Origin: Oscillospiraceae bacterium
Lineage (GTDB): Bacteria; Bacillota; Clostridia; Oscillospirales; Ruminococcaceae
Reading direction: 5' to 3'
Assembly (NCBI GenBank): GCA_045617625.1
Contig: JAZLJA010000036.1
Coordinates: 10,252 to 74,251, forward strand
Length of the DNA stretch: 64,000 nt
Shown: piece by piece, positions 9,216 through 18,757 of the stretch
Numbering within the stretch: position 1 is the stretch's first letter
Layout: each line of letters starts with the position of its first letter
Program-made: the position numbers and the translations under genes
Notes under the pieces: generated by a model
What the model was told of the DNA's origin: nothing
Databases searched by the model: none
Seen by the model: only the letters and a program-made list of their open reading frames with translations

Positions 9216-10862
9216 TTATTGGAACCAGACGCGGTATTTTTGCACCTCGCCGCTTTCGGCGAAAATGCGGATCTCATATTCATAATCGACGGTTTCAAAT
9301 TCCAGTTCGTAGGCATATGCTGCATTGCTGCGTTCGATTTTCGCTTTCGTGAACGTCACGGCAGGGGAATCAGGAATGCCTGCACGTTCGAGTGCGATTT
9401 CCTTTGCCTTTGAAAGTCCGATGAAGTGGCTGGAATCAGCGGAAAGCCAGATCACATCGACGGTGTTCACTTCGCCTGTTTCTGCGTCGATCTCCACCGT
9501 GTACTGTGTGCCGTCTTCCAATGTGAAAGCGAGCAGATACGCGTTTCCATCGAGTTTTTCTTTGGTGAAGATCACCTGCGCATTGAGCGGGTCAAGTCCT
9601 GCACGCAGCAAAGCTTTCTGTTTTGCCACATCCACCGCGATGAACCCCTCGGTATTTACTTCGGCTGTTTCTTTCACGGTGTATTTGATGACTGCGCCCG
9701 TTTTTGCAAGGATTTCCACGGAATAAGATCTGCCGTCCGCGTCGAGAAATTCTTCCTTGAAGAAATAGGTGTCGGAGTCGCTGTCAAGCTTTTCCTTGAT
9801 GAACACTGCGTCCTCCAAGCCTGCGCATTTCAGCGCAGCAGCACGGATCTCATCGAGCGGGAGAAAATCGGAGGTGTCAAGACGGGTGGCGGTTTCGTTG
9901 ATCTGGAAGTCGATCAGTGTACCGTCCTCGGCATTGAGAATGTACTCATACTGCGTGCCGCTGCCGTCGAGGAAGATTACATCGTAGCTGACGGGATTGG
10001 TGTCGGTGCAAAGCTTTGTTTTGATGAATGTCGCGGATTCGGGAGCGACATCGGCGTAATCGAGGGTTTGTGTGCGCACCGATGCAAAATCGAGGTAGGG
10101 CGAATCGACGCGTGGAACATCGGCAAGGCTTTGCGTCGGGTGACTGTTTTCCCCTGATGAATGATTCGCATTTGCGTCGTTTTTCAAGAGCAACAGCAGC
10201 ACTGCCGCAAGCAGCAGCAGGCAGATCAGCAACAGCAAAACCAATTCCCAGAGAGGCAGACGAATCGTTTTTTTGTCGGGCGGCGGCTCGGAATGCGTAA
10301 TCACGGCATCGTCCTCGACATTGTGTGCGACGGAATGCACCTTGCCGCTTTTTCGCATCTCGATTTTTCGCACAGGTGCGTCGGTTTTGCCTTGCTCGAT
10401 GATTTCCGTGACCGCCGCAGACTGTTCGGCGGTGGGCAAAAGCGCATCGGCGGCGGCTTGCAGGATATCCGCAGGGGGGGCATCGCCGTTTTGCGAGACC
10501 GTCAGCTTTCGCATTGCTTTTTCAAGGCGCGGTGACAGATTCGCGAGCGTTGTGTCAAGAATGTCCGAGCATTCAACATCGGAGAAGCCGCAAAGCCGCA
10601 GTGCACAAAGCCGACGCTGTGAGTCGGGCAGACGCAGCAGGGCAAGCAGCGGCGAATCGGCAGAAAGGTCGGTTTCCGATGGGTCGGCATGTACGGTGTA
10701 TGCGCGGAGAATCGCAGCAGATGCGTCGATTTTCATATGTTCTGACACATCCGTTTCCCGCAAGACCTGTCCCGTCAGTTCCACTGCCGATTTGGAATTT
10801 CCAAGCAGCAGCATGGAAAGCCGATACATCGACGGGATGAGTGCGGATTTTTCGTTGTTCAT
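9216..10862 (-). CDS. membrane-tethered protein: truncated ECF-sigma-like N-domain + 1 TM + 4 PepSY domains
   Basis: The N-terminus has a sigma region-2-like helix (YRLSMLLLGNSKSAVELTGQVL) and a region-4-like HTH (LPDSQRRLCALRLCGFSDVECSDILDTTLANLSPRLEKAMRKL). A TM follows (LWELVLLLLICLLLLAAVLLLLL), then four repeats of the PepSY pattern. ATG at 10862 is preceded by GGAGGG. The track start at 10907 lacks an RBS. Confidence 0.75.
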   Translation of the reverse strand: MNNEKSALIPSMYRLSMLLLGNSKSAVELTGQVLRETDVSEHMKIDASAAILRAYTVHADPSETDLSADSPLLALLRLPDSQRRLCALRLCGFSDVECSDILDTTLANLSPRLEKAMRKLTVSQNGDAPPADILQAAADALLPTAEQSAAVTEIIEQGKTDAPVRKIEMRKSGKVHSVAHNVEDDAVITHSEPPPDKKTIRLPLWELVLLLLICLLLLAAVLLLLLKNDANANHSSGENSHPTQSLADVPRVDSPYLDFASVRTQTLDYADVAPESATFIKTKLCTDTNPVSYDVIFLDGSGTQYEYILNAEDGTLIDFQINETATRLDTSDFLPLDEIRAAALKCAGLEDAVFIKEKLDSDSDTYFFKEEFLDADGRSYSVEILAKTGAVIKYTVKETAEVNTEGFIAVDVAKQKALLRAGLDPLNAQVIFTKEKLDGNAYLLAFTLEDGTQYTVEIDAETGEVNTVDVIWLSADSSHFIGLSKAKEIALERAGIPDSPAVTFTKAKIERSNAAYAYELEFETVDYEYEIRIFAESGEVQKYRVWFQ

Positions 10863-10940
10863 CGGATCCCTCCTTCCGTACACAAAATCGCGTTTCGCAC
10901 AAGGCACGAATGACGCGATTTTACTGATATTTTGTTGATG

Positions 10941-11858
10941 TTATTTCAGGAAGCCGTTGAGAATATGCTCCTCTGCTTCCTCCTCGGTCAATCCGAGCGT
11001 CATGAGTTTGAGCAGCTGGTCGCCTGCAATTTTGCCGATTGCCGCCTCATGCACAAGCTGTGCATCGACAGAGTTTGCACGAATTGCAGGAATCGAGCTG
11101 ATGCGTGCATTTCCCATGATGATGGAATCGCACTGCACATGCCCGAAGCACTTTGAGTTGCCCGTCATGCAGGGGAAAAATGTCTGGGTCGAATCGTCCT
11201 GCCCGACGGAGCGCGACAAAATGCGTGCGGATGAATCTTCGCCGTCGAGGAAAATGTCCACTTTCGATTCTGCCGCTTGCTTGCCGTGTGTCAGCAAACG
11301 CTCAGTCAGCACGACTTCCGCCTTGTCGCCCACATGGATCTGCGTGCTGCGGTTGGTCGAGTCAATGCCGCGGATCTGCGACATATCCATCTCCATCGAC
11401 GCGCCCTCATCGAGGTAGACGATGGTTTGCGGGTTCATGATTCTGCCGCCGCTGCCCTCGCCCTCGCCGTAATGCTTTTCGACGTATCGGACATGGGCAT
11501 TTTTGCCGAGATGAAATGTATGCACACCGCTGTGGGTGCTGTCCTGATTGCCGCAGTTATGGATACCGCAGCCTGCAATGATGACGACATCCGCATTTTC
11601 GCCCACAAAAAAGTCGTTATAGACGGTTTCGTTGATGCCGCTTTCGGCGAGGATCACAGGAATATGGACACTTTGCTTCTGTGTGTTGGGGGCGATGTGG
11701 ATTTCGATGCCGTCCTTGTCATCCTTGGGAATGATCTGGATCTCGGCGGTACTGTTTCTGCCTTCGCTTTTTCCGTCCTTGCGGATGTTATATGCACCCT
11801 CAGGGATTTCGTGCAGATCCGCAATTTCGGCAAGCAGATTCTTATCAATTTCGTTCAT
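10941..11858 (-). CDS. Fe-S cluster assembly protein, SufB/SufD family
   Basis: 305 aa resembling the short SufB/SufD type seen in clostridia, directly downstream of sufC. Confidence 0.8.
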   Translation of the reverse strand: MNEIDKNLLAEIADLHEIPEGAYNIRKDGKSEGRNSTAEIQIIPKDDKDGIEIHIAPNTQKQSVHIPVILAESGINETVYNDFFVGENADVVIIAGCGIHNCGNQDSTHSGVHTFHLGKNAHVRYVEKHYGEGEGSGGRIMNPQTIVYLDEGASMEMDMSQIRGIDSTNRSTQIHVGDKAEVVLTERLLTHGKQAAESKVDIFLDGEDSSARILSRSVGQDDSTQTFFPCMTGNSKCFGHVQCDSIIMGNARISSIPAIRANSVDAQLVHEAAIGKIAGDQLLKLMTLGLTEEEAEEHILNGFLK

Positions 11859-11902
11859 ATCAGAAAGACGCGCTCCTTTTGAAAAATGGTGTCAATCGGG
11901 GA

Positions 11903-12628
11903 TTATTTTTTCTCCATCGCTTTGCAGAAGCAAACGGTATCGCCCGTGATTTTGGGGAGCAGTTCTTCGGGGCTGCCCATGCCCGAAATCACGCCGTCTG
12001 AAACCATGACGATCTTGTCAGCCATGGACAAAATGCGCTCCTGATGGGAAATAATCAGAATGGTTGCCTTGCGCTGATCACGCAGTTCGCCGAAAGTTTC
12101 GGTGAGGCGGGTGAAACTCCACAGGTCGATGCCCGCTTCGGGCTCATCGAAGATCATGAGGGGTGCGCTGCCCGCAAGCACGGTTGCGATCTCGATGCGT
12201 TTGACTTCGCCGCCCGAAAGCGACGCGTCCACTTCACGGTCGAGATAATCCTTGGCACAAAGTCCCACGCGGGTGAGCAAGCCGCAGACTTCGCTGTGCG
12301 AGAGCTTTTTGCCTGCCGCGACGGTCAGCAAATCGCGCACGGTGATGCCTTTGAAGCGCGGCGGCTGCTGAAATCCGTAGCGCACACCGCACTTGGCACG
12401 GTCAGTGATGGACATTCCGCAGAGTTCGGTGCCGTTCCACTGAATCGAGCCGCCTGTAGGTTCCACAAGCCCCATGATGCACTTGGCGAGCGTGGTTTTA
12501 CCGCCGCCGTTGGGCCCCGTGATGACGAGAAATGCGTTTTCCTCGACATTCAAATCAATGCCGCGAAGAATACCGGTCTGTTTGCCGTCCTGCGCGACGG
12601 AATATTGCAGATTTTGAATTTTCAGCAT
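11903..12628 (-). CDS. sufC: Fe-S cluster assembly ATPase
   Basis: Walker A GPNGGGKTT, signature LSGGEVKR and Walker B LMIFDEPEAGID. ATG at 12628 has an upstream AAGAGGA. The track start at 12676 is probably too long. Confidence 0.9.
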   Translation of the reverse strand: MLKIQNLQYSVAQDGKQTGILRGIDLNVEENAFLVITGPNGGGKTTLAKCIMGLVEPTGGSIQWNGTELCGMSITDRAKCGVRYGFQQPPRFKGITVRDLLTVAAGKKLSHSEVCGLLTRVGLCAKDYLDREVDASLSGGEVKRIEIATVLAGSAPLMIFDEPEAGIDLWSFTRLTETFGELRDQRKATILIISHQERILSMADKIVMVSDGVISGMGSPEELLPKITGDTVCFCKAMEKK

Positions 12629-12723
12629 GAAATGCCAGTTCCTCTTTTCTGATGATGTCGTGTTTTTGGAATGCAAAAGCGTGCTGTTGGACGACGCTTT
12701 GCATAAACAGGTGATATACTATT

Positions 12724-12752
12724 ATTGTATCACAACTGCCGCAGATTGTCAA
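12724..12752 (-). promoter_or_regulatory. sigma-A-type promoter of the sufC-sufBD unit
   Basis: Minus strand reads TTGACA (12747-12752), a 17-nt spacer, then TACAAT (12724-12729). Confidence 0.65.
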
Positions 12753-12892
12753 GAATTTGGTGCTTTCAGGGATAGGATACCCGAAATCAGGAGATTTAAG
12801 CACGGAATGCAGATTTCTCATGCGTCAAAAAATCGCAATTTCTGGTATGTTCGGCATCAGTTTGCGATTGCAAATCATTCGGCGATATGATA

Positions 12893-12932
12893 AAATAAAA
12901 ATGCTGATACCGCCGTTTCCGATGGTATCAGC
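12893..12932 (-). terminator. intrinsic terminator of the GH5 gene
   Basis: GCTGATACC / GGTATCAGC stem followed on the minus strand by TTTTTATTTTA. Confidence 0.8.
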
Positions 12933-12946
12933 ACATAGCTGCATTT

Positions 12947-14011
12947 TTACGGGTTCTCAACTTTTTTGCCCGTGAGAATCGTCACAAGCTCAGGCTCAGG
13001 GAACGACAGGGTTTTGCGGTCGAACAGCCCCATGCCGTCCACGCCCAGATGACCGTCATCCCACCAGAAACACGGCATACATCTTGCCGCTGCTTCTTTT
13101 GCATATACCGCTGTCCAAAGCAGTCTGCTGCGGGTGTCAAGCTTGCCGACTGCTGCAAATTCGCCAAGAATCACAGGGATTCCGCGCGACAAAAACCGTT
13201 TCCCAATCTGATGGAACACGTTGATCAGCGCGTCGATATCCTCTTTGCTGCCCCAGACCTTCTTCGGTTCTGTCCATGTGACATCCTTGCTCGGAAAGCA
13301 AAATTCCGTCGGGAAATACGCATGAATCGACACCATGATGCGGTTGTCGTCGGGCAGTTCCAGACCGTCCAGTGCGGTGGGCTTTGCCGATGCCGCATAG
13401 GTCGGTATCATCAGATAGCGGTAACTGTTGCAGCCGCCTGCCTGCCGAATGGTTCTGACAGCCGCAAAATTCAGCCGATTGACCGCTGCATACAATTCTG
13501 CGTTGCCTGTCCAGTCATCGCCGACGTGCGGTTCGTTCAGAACTTCAAACACCAGCGATTCGCCAAGTTCCGAAAAATGCGCGGCGATCTGCGCCCAGAT
13601 CTTGCAAAGCATCTGTTCGGATTCGTCCAGATGCTCGGGCAAAAGGCTCAGTTCTCCCCACGGTGCGGCGTCGTGATGCACATTGAGGATCACGTGGAAC
13701 CCGAGTGAAAACGCTTCGCGCACGATGCTGTCCACACGTTTCATCCACGCTTCGTCAATGCGATAGTCGGGTGCATCGCCGATGTGCTGTTTCCATGTCA
13801 CGGGAATGCGCAGGGCATCGAAGCCGGCATCCCGAATCGCCTCAAGATGCGCACGGGTCGTTGGCGGATTGCCCCATGCGGTTTCATAATCGGTGACAGT
13901 GGGTTGTGCGGGCAGATGTTCCTGCTTTGCAAGGCTGTCAAATGTGTTGCCGAGATTCCAACCGCAGCGGATGCTTCGGGCGAACTCGAACGCGTAATTA
14001 TATTGAAACAT
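12947..14011 (-). CDS. glycoside hydrolase family 5, no signal peptide (predicted cytoplasmic)
   Basis: GH5 pattern GWNLGNTFD, LRIPVTW, ILNVHHD, acid/base FEVLNEP and nucleophile ILGEFA. The N-terminus MFQYNYAFEFARSI has no secretion signal and there is no dockerin. Confidence 0.88.
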   Translation of the reverse strand: MFQYNYAFEFARSIRCGWNLGNTFDSLAKQEHLPAQPTVTDYETAWGNPPTTRAHLEAIRDAGFDALRIPVTWKQHIGDAPDYRIDEAWMKRVDSIVREAFSLGFHVILNVHHDAAPWGELSLLPEHLDESEQMLCKIWAQIAAHFSELGESLVFEVLNEPHVGDDWTGNAELYAAVNRLNFAAVRTIRQAGGCNSYRYLMIPTYAASAKPTALDGLELPDDNRIMVSIHAYFPTEFCFPSKDVTWTEPKKVWGSKEDIDALINVFHQIGKRFLSRGIPVILGEFAAVGKLDTRSRLLWTAVYAKEAAARCMPCFWWDDGHLGVDGMGLFDRKTLSFPEPELVTILTGKKVENP

Positions 14012-14040
14012 GGTGAATCCCTCGCTTTGTCTCTTTCTGA

Positions 14041-14053
14041 TATACTCAGTATA
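14041..14053. promoter_or_regulatory. candidate LysR-type T-N11-A operator in the GH5/LysR divergent region
   Basis: TATACTcAGTATA is a 6-1-6 dyad fitting T-N11-A. Its left arm is the reverse complement of the putative GH5 -10 (TATACT). A second dyad TGCTCA-TTT-TGAGCA lies at 14111-14125. Confidence 0.4.
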
Positions 14054-14144
14054 ACATATTTCGGCATCAAATGTCCATGTTCGTTTTTTACGAAAAGGAA
14101 GCGTGTATTTTGCTCATTTTGAGCAGTTCGATACAGAAATCAAC

Positions 14145-14173
14145 TTGCGTATTTCTTCGGTTAATGCTATAAT
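14145..14173 (+). promoter_or_regulatory. sigma-A-type promoter of the LysR gene
   Basis: TTGCGT (14145-14150), a 17-nt spacer, then TATAAT (14168-14173). Confidence 0.6.
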
Positions 14174-14207
14174 ATATTTATCTTCGGATTCGGGGGAGGT
14201 TTTTTGC

Positions 14208-15203
14208 ATGACTACACAGCAACTTACCTATGTCATCGCCGTTGCCGAGTGCCAAAGCATCTCGAAAGCCGCCGAGAAACTCTATGTCACTCAGCCGTCG
14301 CTGAGTCAATCCATCCACAGCATCGAAAAGCAGCTGGGTGTGCAGCTTTTCGACCGCGCACAAACGCCCATTCGTCTGACGGATGCAGGTGAACTTTATG
14401 TCTCATGGGCACGAAAGCTGCTCGCGATGGAGGAGAATATGCAGAATGCCATCTCCGACCTCATGGGGATGCAGAAGGGTTCGGTACGCATCGGTGCGTC
14501 ATCGTTTCGGGTGCGCTGTCTGCTGGCACGCAGCATCGCGGCATTTCATGCGCAGTATCCGCAGATCCATCTTTCCATTCAGGAGGCGGATATGCATCAG
14601 CTCAAGGAAATGCTCACCGCAGGCGAACTGGATTTTGCCATCGGCACAGGTGTTTTTGACGAGAAACAGTATCATATCGAGGCACTTTCCGAGGAGCGGC
14701 TGTATCTGGCGGTCTCGCCGCAGCACCCCTTGATGGAACAGCTCCCGCCGCCGCTTTATGCGGAGGATATTCTGGGATGCACCTCGGCATTTCTGCGGCA
14801 GAAACCCATCGACCTTTCACTTGCCGGAGAACAGGAATTTGTTGCGGCAATCGCGGGCGAATATGACCGCGAAAGCTTGGAAATGGTGTGCCGCGAATCG
14901 GGATTTGCCCCGAAAATCGCTTACAGTGTGCAGACCATCGAAACGGTGTTTGCGTTTGTCTGCTCCAATATGGGCATTGCGCTGGTGCCTGATTCACTGA
15001 TCTATTACGGAAACTTCCGTGCGCATCCCAATTATTATACCCTTCCGGACGGTATTTCCCGCAGCTATATTTCCCTGATTTCCAAGCGCGGTGCCTATCT
15101 TTCCAAGGCGGCGGCGGCTTATGCCCTGCTGCTGAAACAGCTTGTTGACGTTGGTACATGGCGTATGACAGGGGAGGCAGGCATAGGAGGTGCAAGCAAA
15201 TGA
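14208..15203 (+). CDS. LysR-family transcriptional regulator
   Basis: N-terminal HTH MTTQQLTYVIAVAECQSISKAAEKLYVTQPSLSQSI plus a LysR substrate-binding domain. ATG at 14208 follows GGGGGAGG. The track start at 14103 lacks an RBS. Confidence 0.9.
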   Translation: MTTQQLTYVIAVAECQSISKAAEKLYVTQPSLSQSIHSIEKQLGVQLFDRAQTPIRLTDAGELYVSWARKLLAMEENMQNAISDLMGMQKGSVRIGASSFRVRCLLARSIAAFHAQYPQIHLSIQEADMHQLKEMLTAGELDFAIGTGVFDEKQYHIEALSEERLYLAVSPQHPLMEQLPPPLYAEDILGCTSAFLRQKPIDLSLAGEQEFVAAIAGEYDRESLEMVCRESGFAPKIAYSVQTIETVFAFVCSNMGIALVPDSLIYYGNFRAHPNYYTLPDGISRSYISLISKRGAYLSKAAAAYALLLKQLVDVGTWRMTGEAGIGGASK

Positions 15204-16282
15204 TCACAGCGGAAGTGCGAAAGGAAATCGCTGAAAACACGCTTGTTTCGTGCGGCGTCGGCATCGACTGGCAAATACTGTTCGCCAAAAAAGAACTTTC
15301 CATCGGCTTCATGGGCGGGTCCGTCACGCGCGGCTATGCCCATCAGCAGGTCTATGCGGAGGCGTATCCGCAAATGCTGACGGCTGATCTGGAGCAGCTG
15401 GGTTATCGCGTGAAATGTGCCTGCTGTGCCGATCCCGGCATGGATGCCATGCAGGGCAATCTTCTGGCAGAGCGTGAAATTCTCGCAAATGCGCCCGATT
15501 TGGTTTTCCTCGAATACTCCATCAACGAAACGACTCTGCGGCACAGCGTTCTTTCGTTTGAAAGCCTGCTGCGCAAACTGCTGCTCGCCGAGCATCCGCC
15601 GATCGTGTGCATTTTTACCATTCGCAGCAAAAATGATTACAGTGCGGAAAGCTTCATGCTCCCGATGGCGGAGCATTACGGGCTGCCGTGCGTGAGCCTG
15701 CGGCAGGGGATCAACCCGTGCCTTGCCGCCGAAAAACTCATCTGGGAGGACTATGCCGATGCGGAAAGTCACCCCACGCCTGAGGGGCATCGGTTGCTCG
15801 CGGATTGTCTGATGAATCTGCTGGAAAATGCGAAGCAATGCGAAAAAACAGCGGTTGTTCCGCTGCCTGAGCCGTGGCTGGACGCTCCGTTTGCCAATAT
15901 GCAGTATCTGCCTGCGGGTGAACTGCCGCAGCTTGACACCGACTTTGCCGTTGCTGCGAAAGAATTCAGCTACTATCCGACGGTTTGGCTTGGCGACATC
16001 GCACACAGCCGATATGAATATCGTTTCACGGGGAAAGGCTTGGTGCTGTTTTTCGAGGCAAACCGCATCCCTGAATATGGCAGTGCAAAAATCCTCATGG
16101 ATGGAAAACCTGTGTCACATCCGCTGTTGAATCAGTCGGTGCTGCGAACCTATTCGATATACGGGTGGGGCAATGCGATGCCGGTTGTCGTGCTGGAAAC
16201 CGAAACGCCTGCACCGCACGTTCTGACCGTCACACCGACGGAAGGAACATTTCATCTGCTTGCGCTTGGGCTTTGCGAATGA
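15200..16282 (+). CDS. SGNH/GDSL-type esterase, no signal peptide
   Basis: Block I FMGGSVTRGY (Ser nucleophile), block III FLEYSINE, block V-like DAESHPTPEGH. The ATG overlaps the LysR stop (ATGA) and has RBS AGGAGG. Confidence 0.75.
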   Translation: MITAEVRKEIAENTLVSCGVGIDWQILFAKKELSIGFMGGSVTRGYAHQQVYAEAYPQMLTADLEQLGYRVKCACCADPGMDAMQGNLLAEREILANAPDLVFLEYSINETTLRHSVLSFESLLRKLLLAEHPPIVCIFTIRSKNDYSAESFMLPMAEHYGLPCVSLRQGINPCLAAEKLIWEDYADAESHPTPEGHRLLADCLMNLLENAKQCEKTAVVPLPEPWLDAPFANMQYLPAGELPQLDTDFAVAAKEFSYYPTVWLGDIAHSRYEYRFTGKGLVLFFEANRIPEYGSAKILMDGKPVSHPLLNQSVLRTYSIYGWGNAMPVVVLETETPAPHVLTVTPTEGTFHLLALGLCE

Positions 16283-16366
16283 TGAATCTGTCTGTGGGAT
16301 TGCTCTGCTCTATGAATCCGCGATTTTTCGAGAAAAAATCGCATCGCACCGTGATATCTGCAAACT

Positions 16367-16403
16367 GAAAGGTTGGGAACAATATATGTTCCCAACCTTT
16401 TTT
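16367..16403. terminator. bidirectional terminator between the SGNH gene and cdaR
   Basis: AAAGGTTGGGAAC / GTTCCCAACCTTT stem with flanking A and T runs. Confidence 0.85.
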
Positions 16404-16433
16404 CATGTGATAAACATGTTTCGCTGACTGCAA

Positions 16434-17822
16434 TCATTCATCGGGGTCAACCTCGGTTGCCGTCACATCAACTTTCGTCGTGCCGCTGATCCACACGCCC
16501 GTGGTTTTTCCCTTCAGCTCAAAATTCACGACTTCTGAAAACGTCATATTATGCGTGATCTCACGCGAATACAAATTCACCGTTGCGTTGATTTCCTGTG
16601 AGGTGATCTGTGCGACCTCCTCCTTGGTGCCGATGATCGTGACCGTCAGGAAACCGTCCGAAACTTTGCAGTCGAAATTCGGCGGCATATTCGTGATCTG
16701 AATATCTTTCATGCGAACCCGTCGTGTTTCGGCAACCAGATCACTGTTGTCCAGCGTGACCGTGATGGTGCCGAGATGCGATTCATCCTCATAGCCGTCC
16801 TTCAGCGTTACCGTGCGCGGGATCCCCACACTGCCAAGCGTCAGTTCTGAGAGCGAAATGGCAGGCGTGATGGAAAATTCCTTTTTATCCTCCAGCGACG
16901 AATTATTCTCGGCACTGGTGGTTTTCAGCGTGATCATGAGGTTTTTGTCACCGCAATCGGGCAGCATATATTCATCATCTGCGATCAGCCTCAGCCGCTT
17001 GCGCAGGGATGCGATGTCAAATCCTTCAGGCACATCCCTGATGTCGATGTTGACGGGCAATGTCTGCTTATAGTACACGCCCACATTGACCAGAAAACGC
17101 GTTACATCGGGTTTCACGCTTTCGTCGGTGATGGGGGTTCCATCCATGCCGATCAGCTCGAACTGCGTGCAGTTGTTGAAACTGCGGGATTCATAAAGCG
17201 TGGCGTTGTCGGGCACCGTGACACGAAGATAATCGACCTGCGAAAGCAGCTGTGAGGGCCCCGTGACATTCACGGTGGCGGGTGTCACATCCACGCGGTC
17301 AGGGTTGACGTTCTGACCATAGCTGATATTCGGCATACATTCCTTGCCGTCGCAGCTCACAAGCACCGGCTTCGATTCAAAGCGGTCCATGTTGACGGTG
17401 ACGGAATCGGGGCTTGGCGTTGCGCCTCTGATGACCTTGTTGTTGGTATCTTTGATCACGATTTTCAGGGTTTGCGAACCTGTCTGATCTTTGGCACTGT
17501 CAAAGTCGATGAACGCGCAGATGTCGTTTTTGTTGACAGCACCGATCTCGGTACGTTCGCCCTTGATCTTGACATCCACCTTCGGGAGTTTTTCCTCCTC
17601 GGTGAGCAGCACCAGACCGTTTGCGCCTGCCAGTGTGCCTGTGGTATCGCTGATGAGCGAAATGTCAGTGAATGTTTTTTCGATGGTGTTGCTGATGCGC
17701 ACTGCGATATATGTCCAGCAGGCAATGGCAATCACAACCGAAAGCATCAGGAGCCGAAAATCCTTGGGGCGGGGGATGTGCAGGTGCGATTTTACAGTCT
17801 GCCGGATTTCTTTCAGATTCAT
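16434..17822 (-). CDS. cdaR: YbbR-domain protein, CdaA regulator
   Basis: N-terminal TM followed by repeated YbbR-like beta modules. The start overlaps the cdaA stop by 4 nt. Confidence 0.85.
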   Translation of the reverse strand: MNLKEIRQTVKSHLHIPRPKDFRLLMLSVVIAIACWTYIAVRISNTIEKTFTDISLISDTTGTLAGANGLVLLTEEEKLPKVDVKIKGERTEIGAVNKNDICAFIDFDSAKDQTGSQTLKIVIKDTNNKVIRGATPSPDSVTVNMDRFESKPVLVSCDGKECMPNISYGQNVNPDRVDVTPATVNVTGPSQLLSQVDYLRVTVPDNATLYESRSFNNCTQFELIGMDGTPITDESVKPDVTRFLVNVGVYYKQTLPVNIDIRDVPEGFDIASLRKRLRLIADDEYMLPDCGDKNLMITLKTTSAENNSSLEDKKEFSITPAISLSELTLGSVGIPRTVTLKDGYEDESHLGTITVTLDNSDLVAETRRVRMKDIQITNMPPNFDCKVSDGFLTVTIIGTKEEVAQITSQEINATVNLYSREITHNMTFSEVVNFELKGKTTGVWISGTTKVDVTATEVDPDE

Positions 17823-18757
17823 GATTTTCCCTCCTTTTTCTTTGCGGCGGAGGGCTTTTTGTTCTCCGATTTTGTTTTTTCCGTGGTTTTTACGGGCTTT
17901 TTCAGATTGGTGAACAATGTCGTAAGCGACGAATCGGATTTTTCGGGAATCAGGGTATCACGCAGCAGTTTTTCGAGAGTTTCCGCCGTGAAATTGCGTG
18001 TCAGTTCGCCGTCGCAGGCAACCGAGATCTGTCCTGTTTCTTCCGAAACGACGATCACCAGTGCATCGGAGTTTTCACTCATGCCGATGGCGGCACGGTG
18101 ACGCGAGCCAAGATGCTTTTCCACACGTTCTTCTTTCTGGGGGTTTGGCAAAAAGCACGCAGCAGCCCACACGATGCCGTCGCGCATGATGACCGCACCA
18201 TCGTGCAGCGGTGTTTTGGGGAAGAAGATCGTGCCGAACAGCTGCAAACTCGGGACAGCATTCAGAATGGTGCCGTTTGAGATATGTTCGCCGAGCTTGG
18301 TGCTGCGTTCGATGACGATGAGCGCACCTGTATAAGTGCGGGACAATTCCGCTGCTGATTCGCAGATGATGGGAATTGCCGTTTCCCATCGTTCGATGAT
18401 CTCATTGCTGTGTCCGAGTGAGGTGAGGTTTTTCAGGTGGAATGTGGATTGCCCGAATTTTTCCAGCGCACGGCGCAGTTCAGGCTGAAAGAGGATCACC
18501 AGTGCCAGCAGTCCGATGCTGAGGACACTCTGGGTAATCAGACGCATGGCTTTCAAACCCATGACGTCGCTGAGGATATAGGCGCACACCAGCAGCGCAA
18601 TGCCCTTGAGCAGCTGCCCTGCGCGGGTCTCCTTCACCATTTTGAGAACGATATAAATGAGGTAGGTGAGCAGGAGCATATCGAGAATGTCAATGAAACG
18701 AATGGACAAAATGACGTTCCAAAGTTCCGTGAGAAGATTGCGGAAAAAGTCCAACAT
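17819..18757 (-). CDS. cdaA: diadenylate cyclase (c-di-AMP synthase) with Lys-rich C-terminal tail
   Basis: Three N-terminal TMs and a DAC domain (LHDGAVIMRDG, GSRHRAAIGMSE, VIVVSEETGQISV). ATG at 18757 is preceded by GGAGAG. The tail reads KKPVKTTEKTKSENKKPSAAKKKEGKS. Confidence 0.92.
   Translation of the reverse strand: MLDFFRNLLTELWNVILSIRFIDILDMLLLTYLIYIVLKMVKETRAGQLLKGIALLVCAYILSDVMGLKAMRLITQSVLSIGLLALVILFQPELRRALEKFGQSTFHLKNLTSLGHSNEIIERWETAIPIICESAAELSRTYTGALIVIERSTKLGEHISNGTILNAVPSLQLFGTIFFPKTPLHDGAVIMRDGIVWAAACFLPNPQKEERVEKHLGSRHRAAIGMSENSDALVIVVSEETGQISVACDGELTRNFTAETLEKLLRDTLIPEKSDSSLTTLFTNLKKPVKTTEKTKSENKKPSAAKKKEGKS

Noticed and set aside
10474-10480. G7/C7 homopolymer (a second one at 20258-20264) as a phase-variation switch
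   Set aside because: Both are short and simply encode Ala-Pro-Pro-Ala-Asp within otherwise intact long ORFs. There is no evidence of frameshifting in this sequence.
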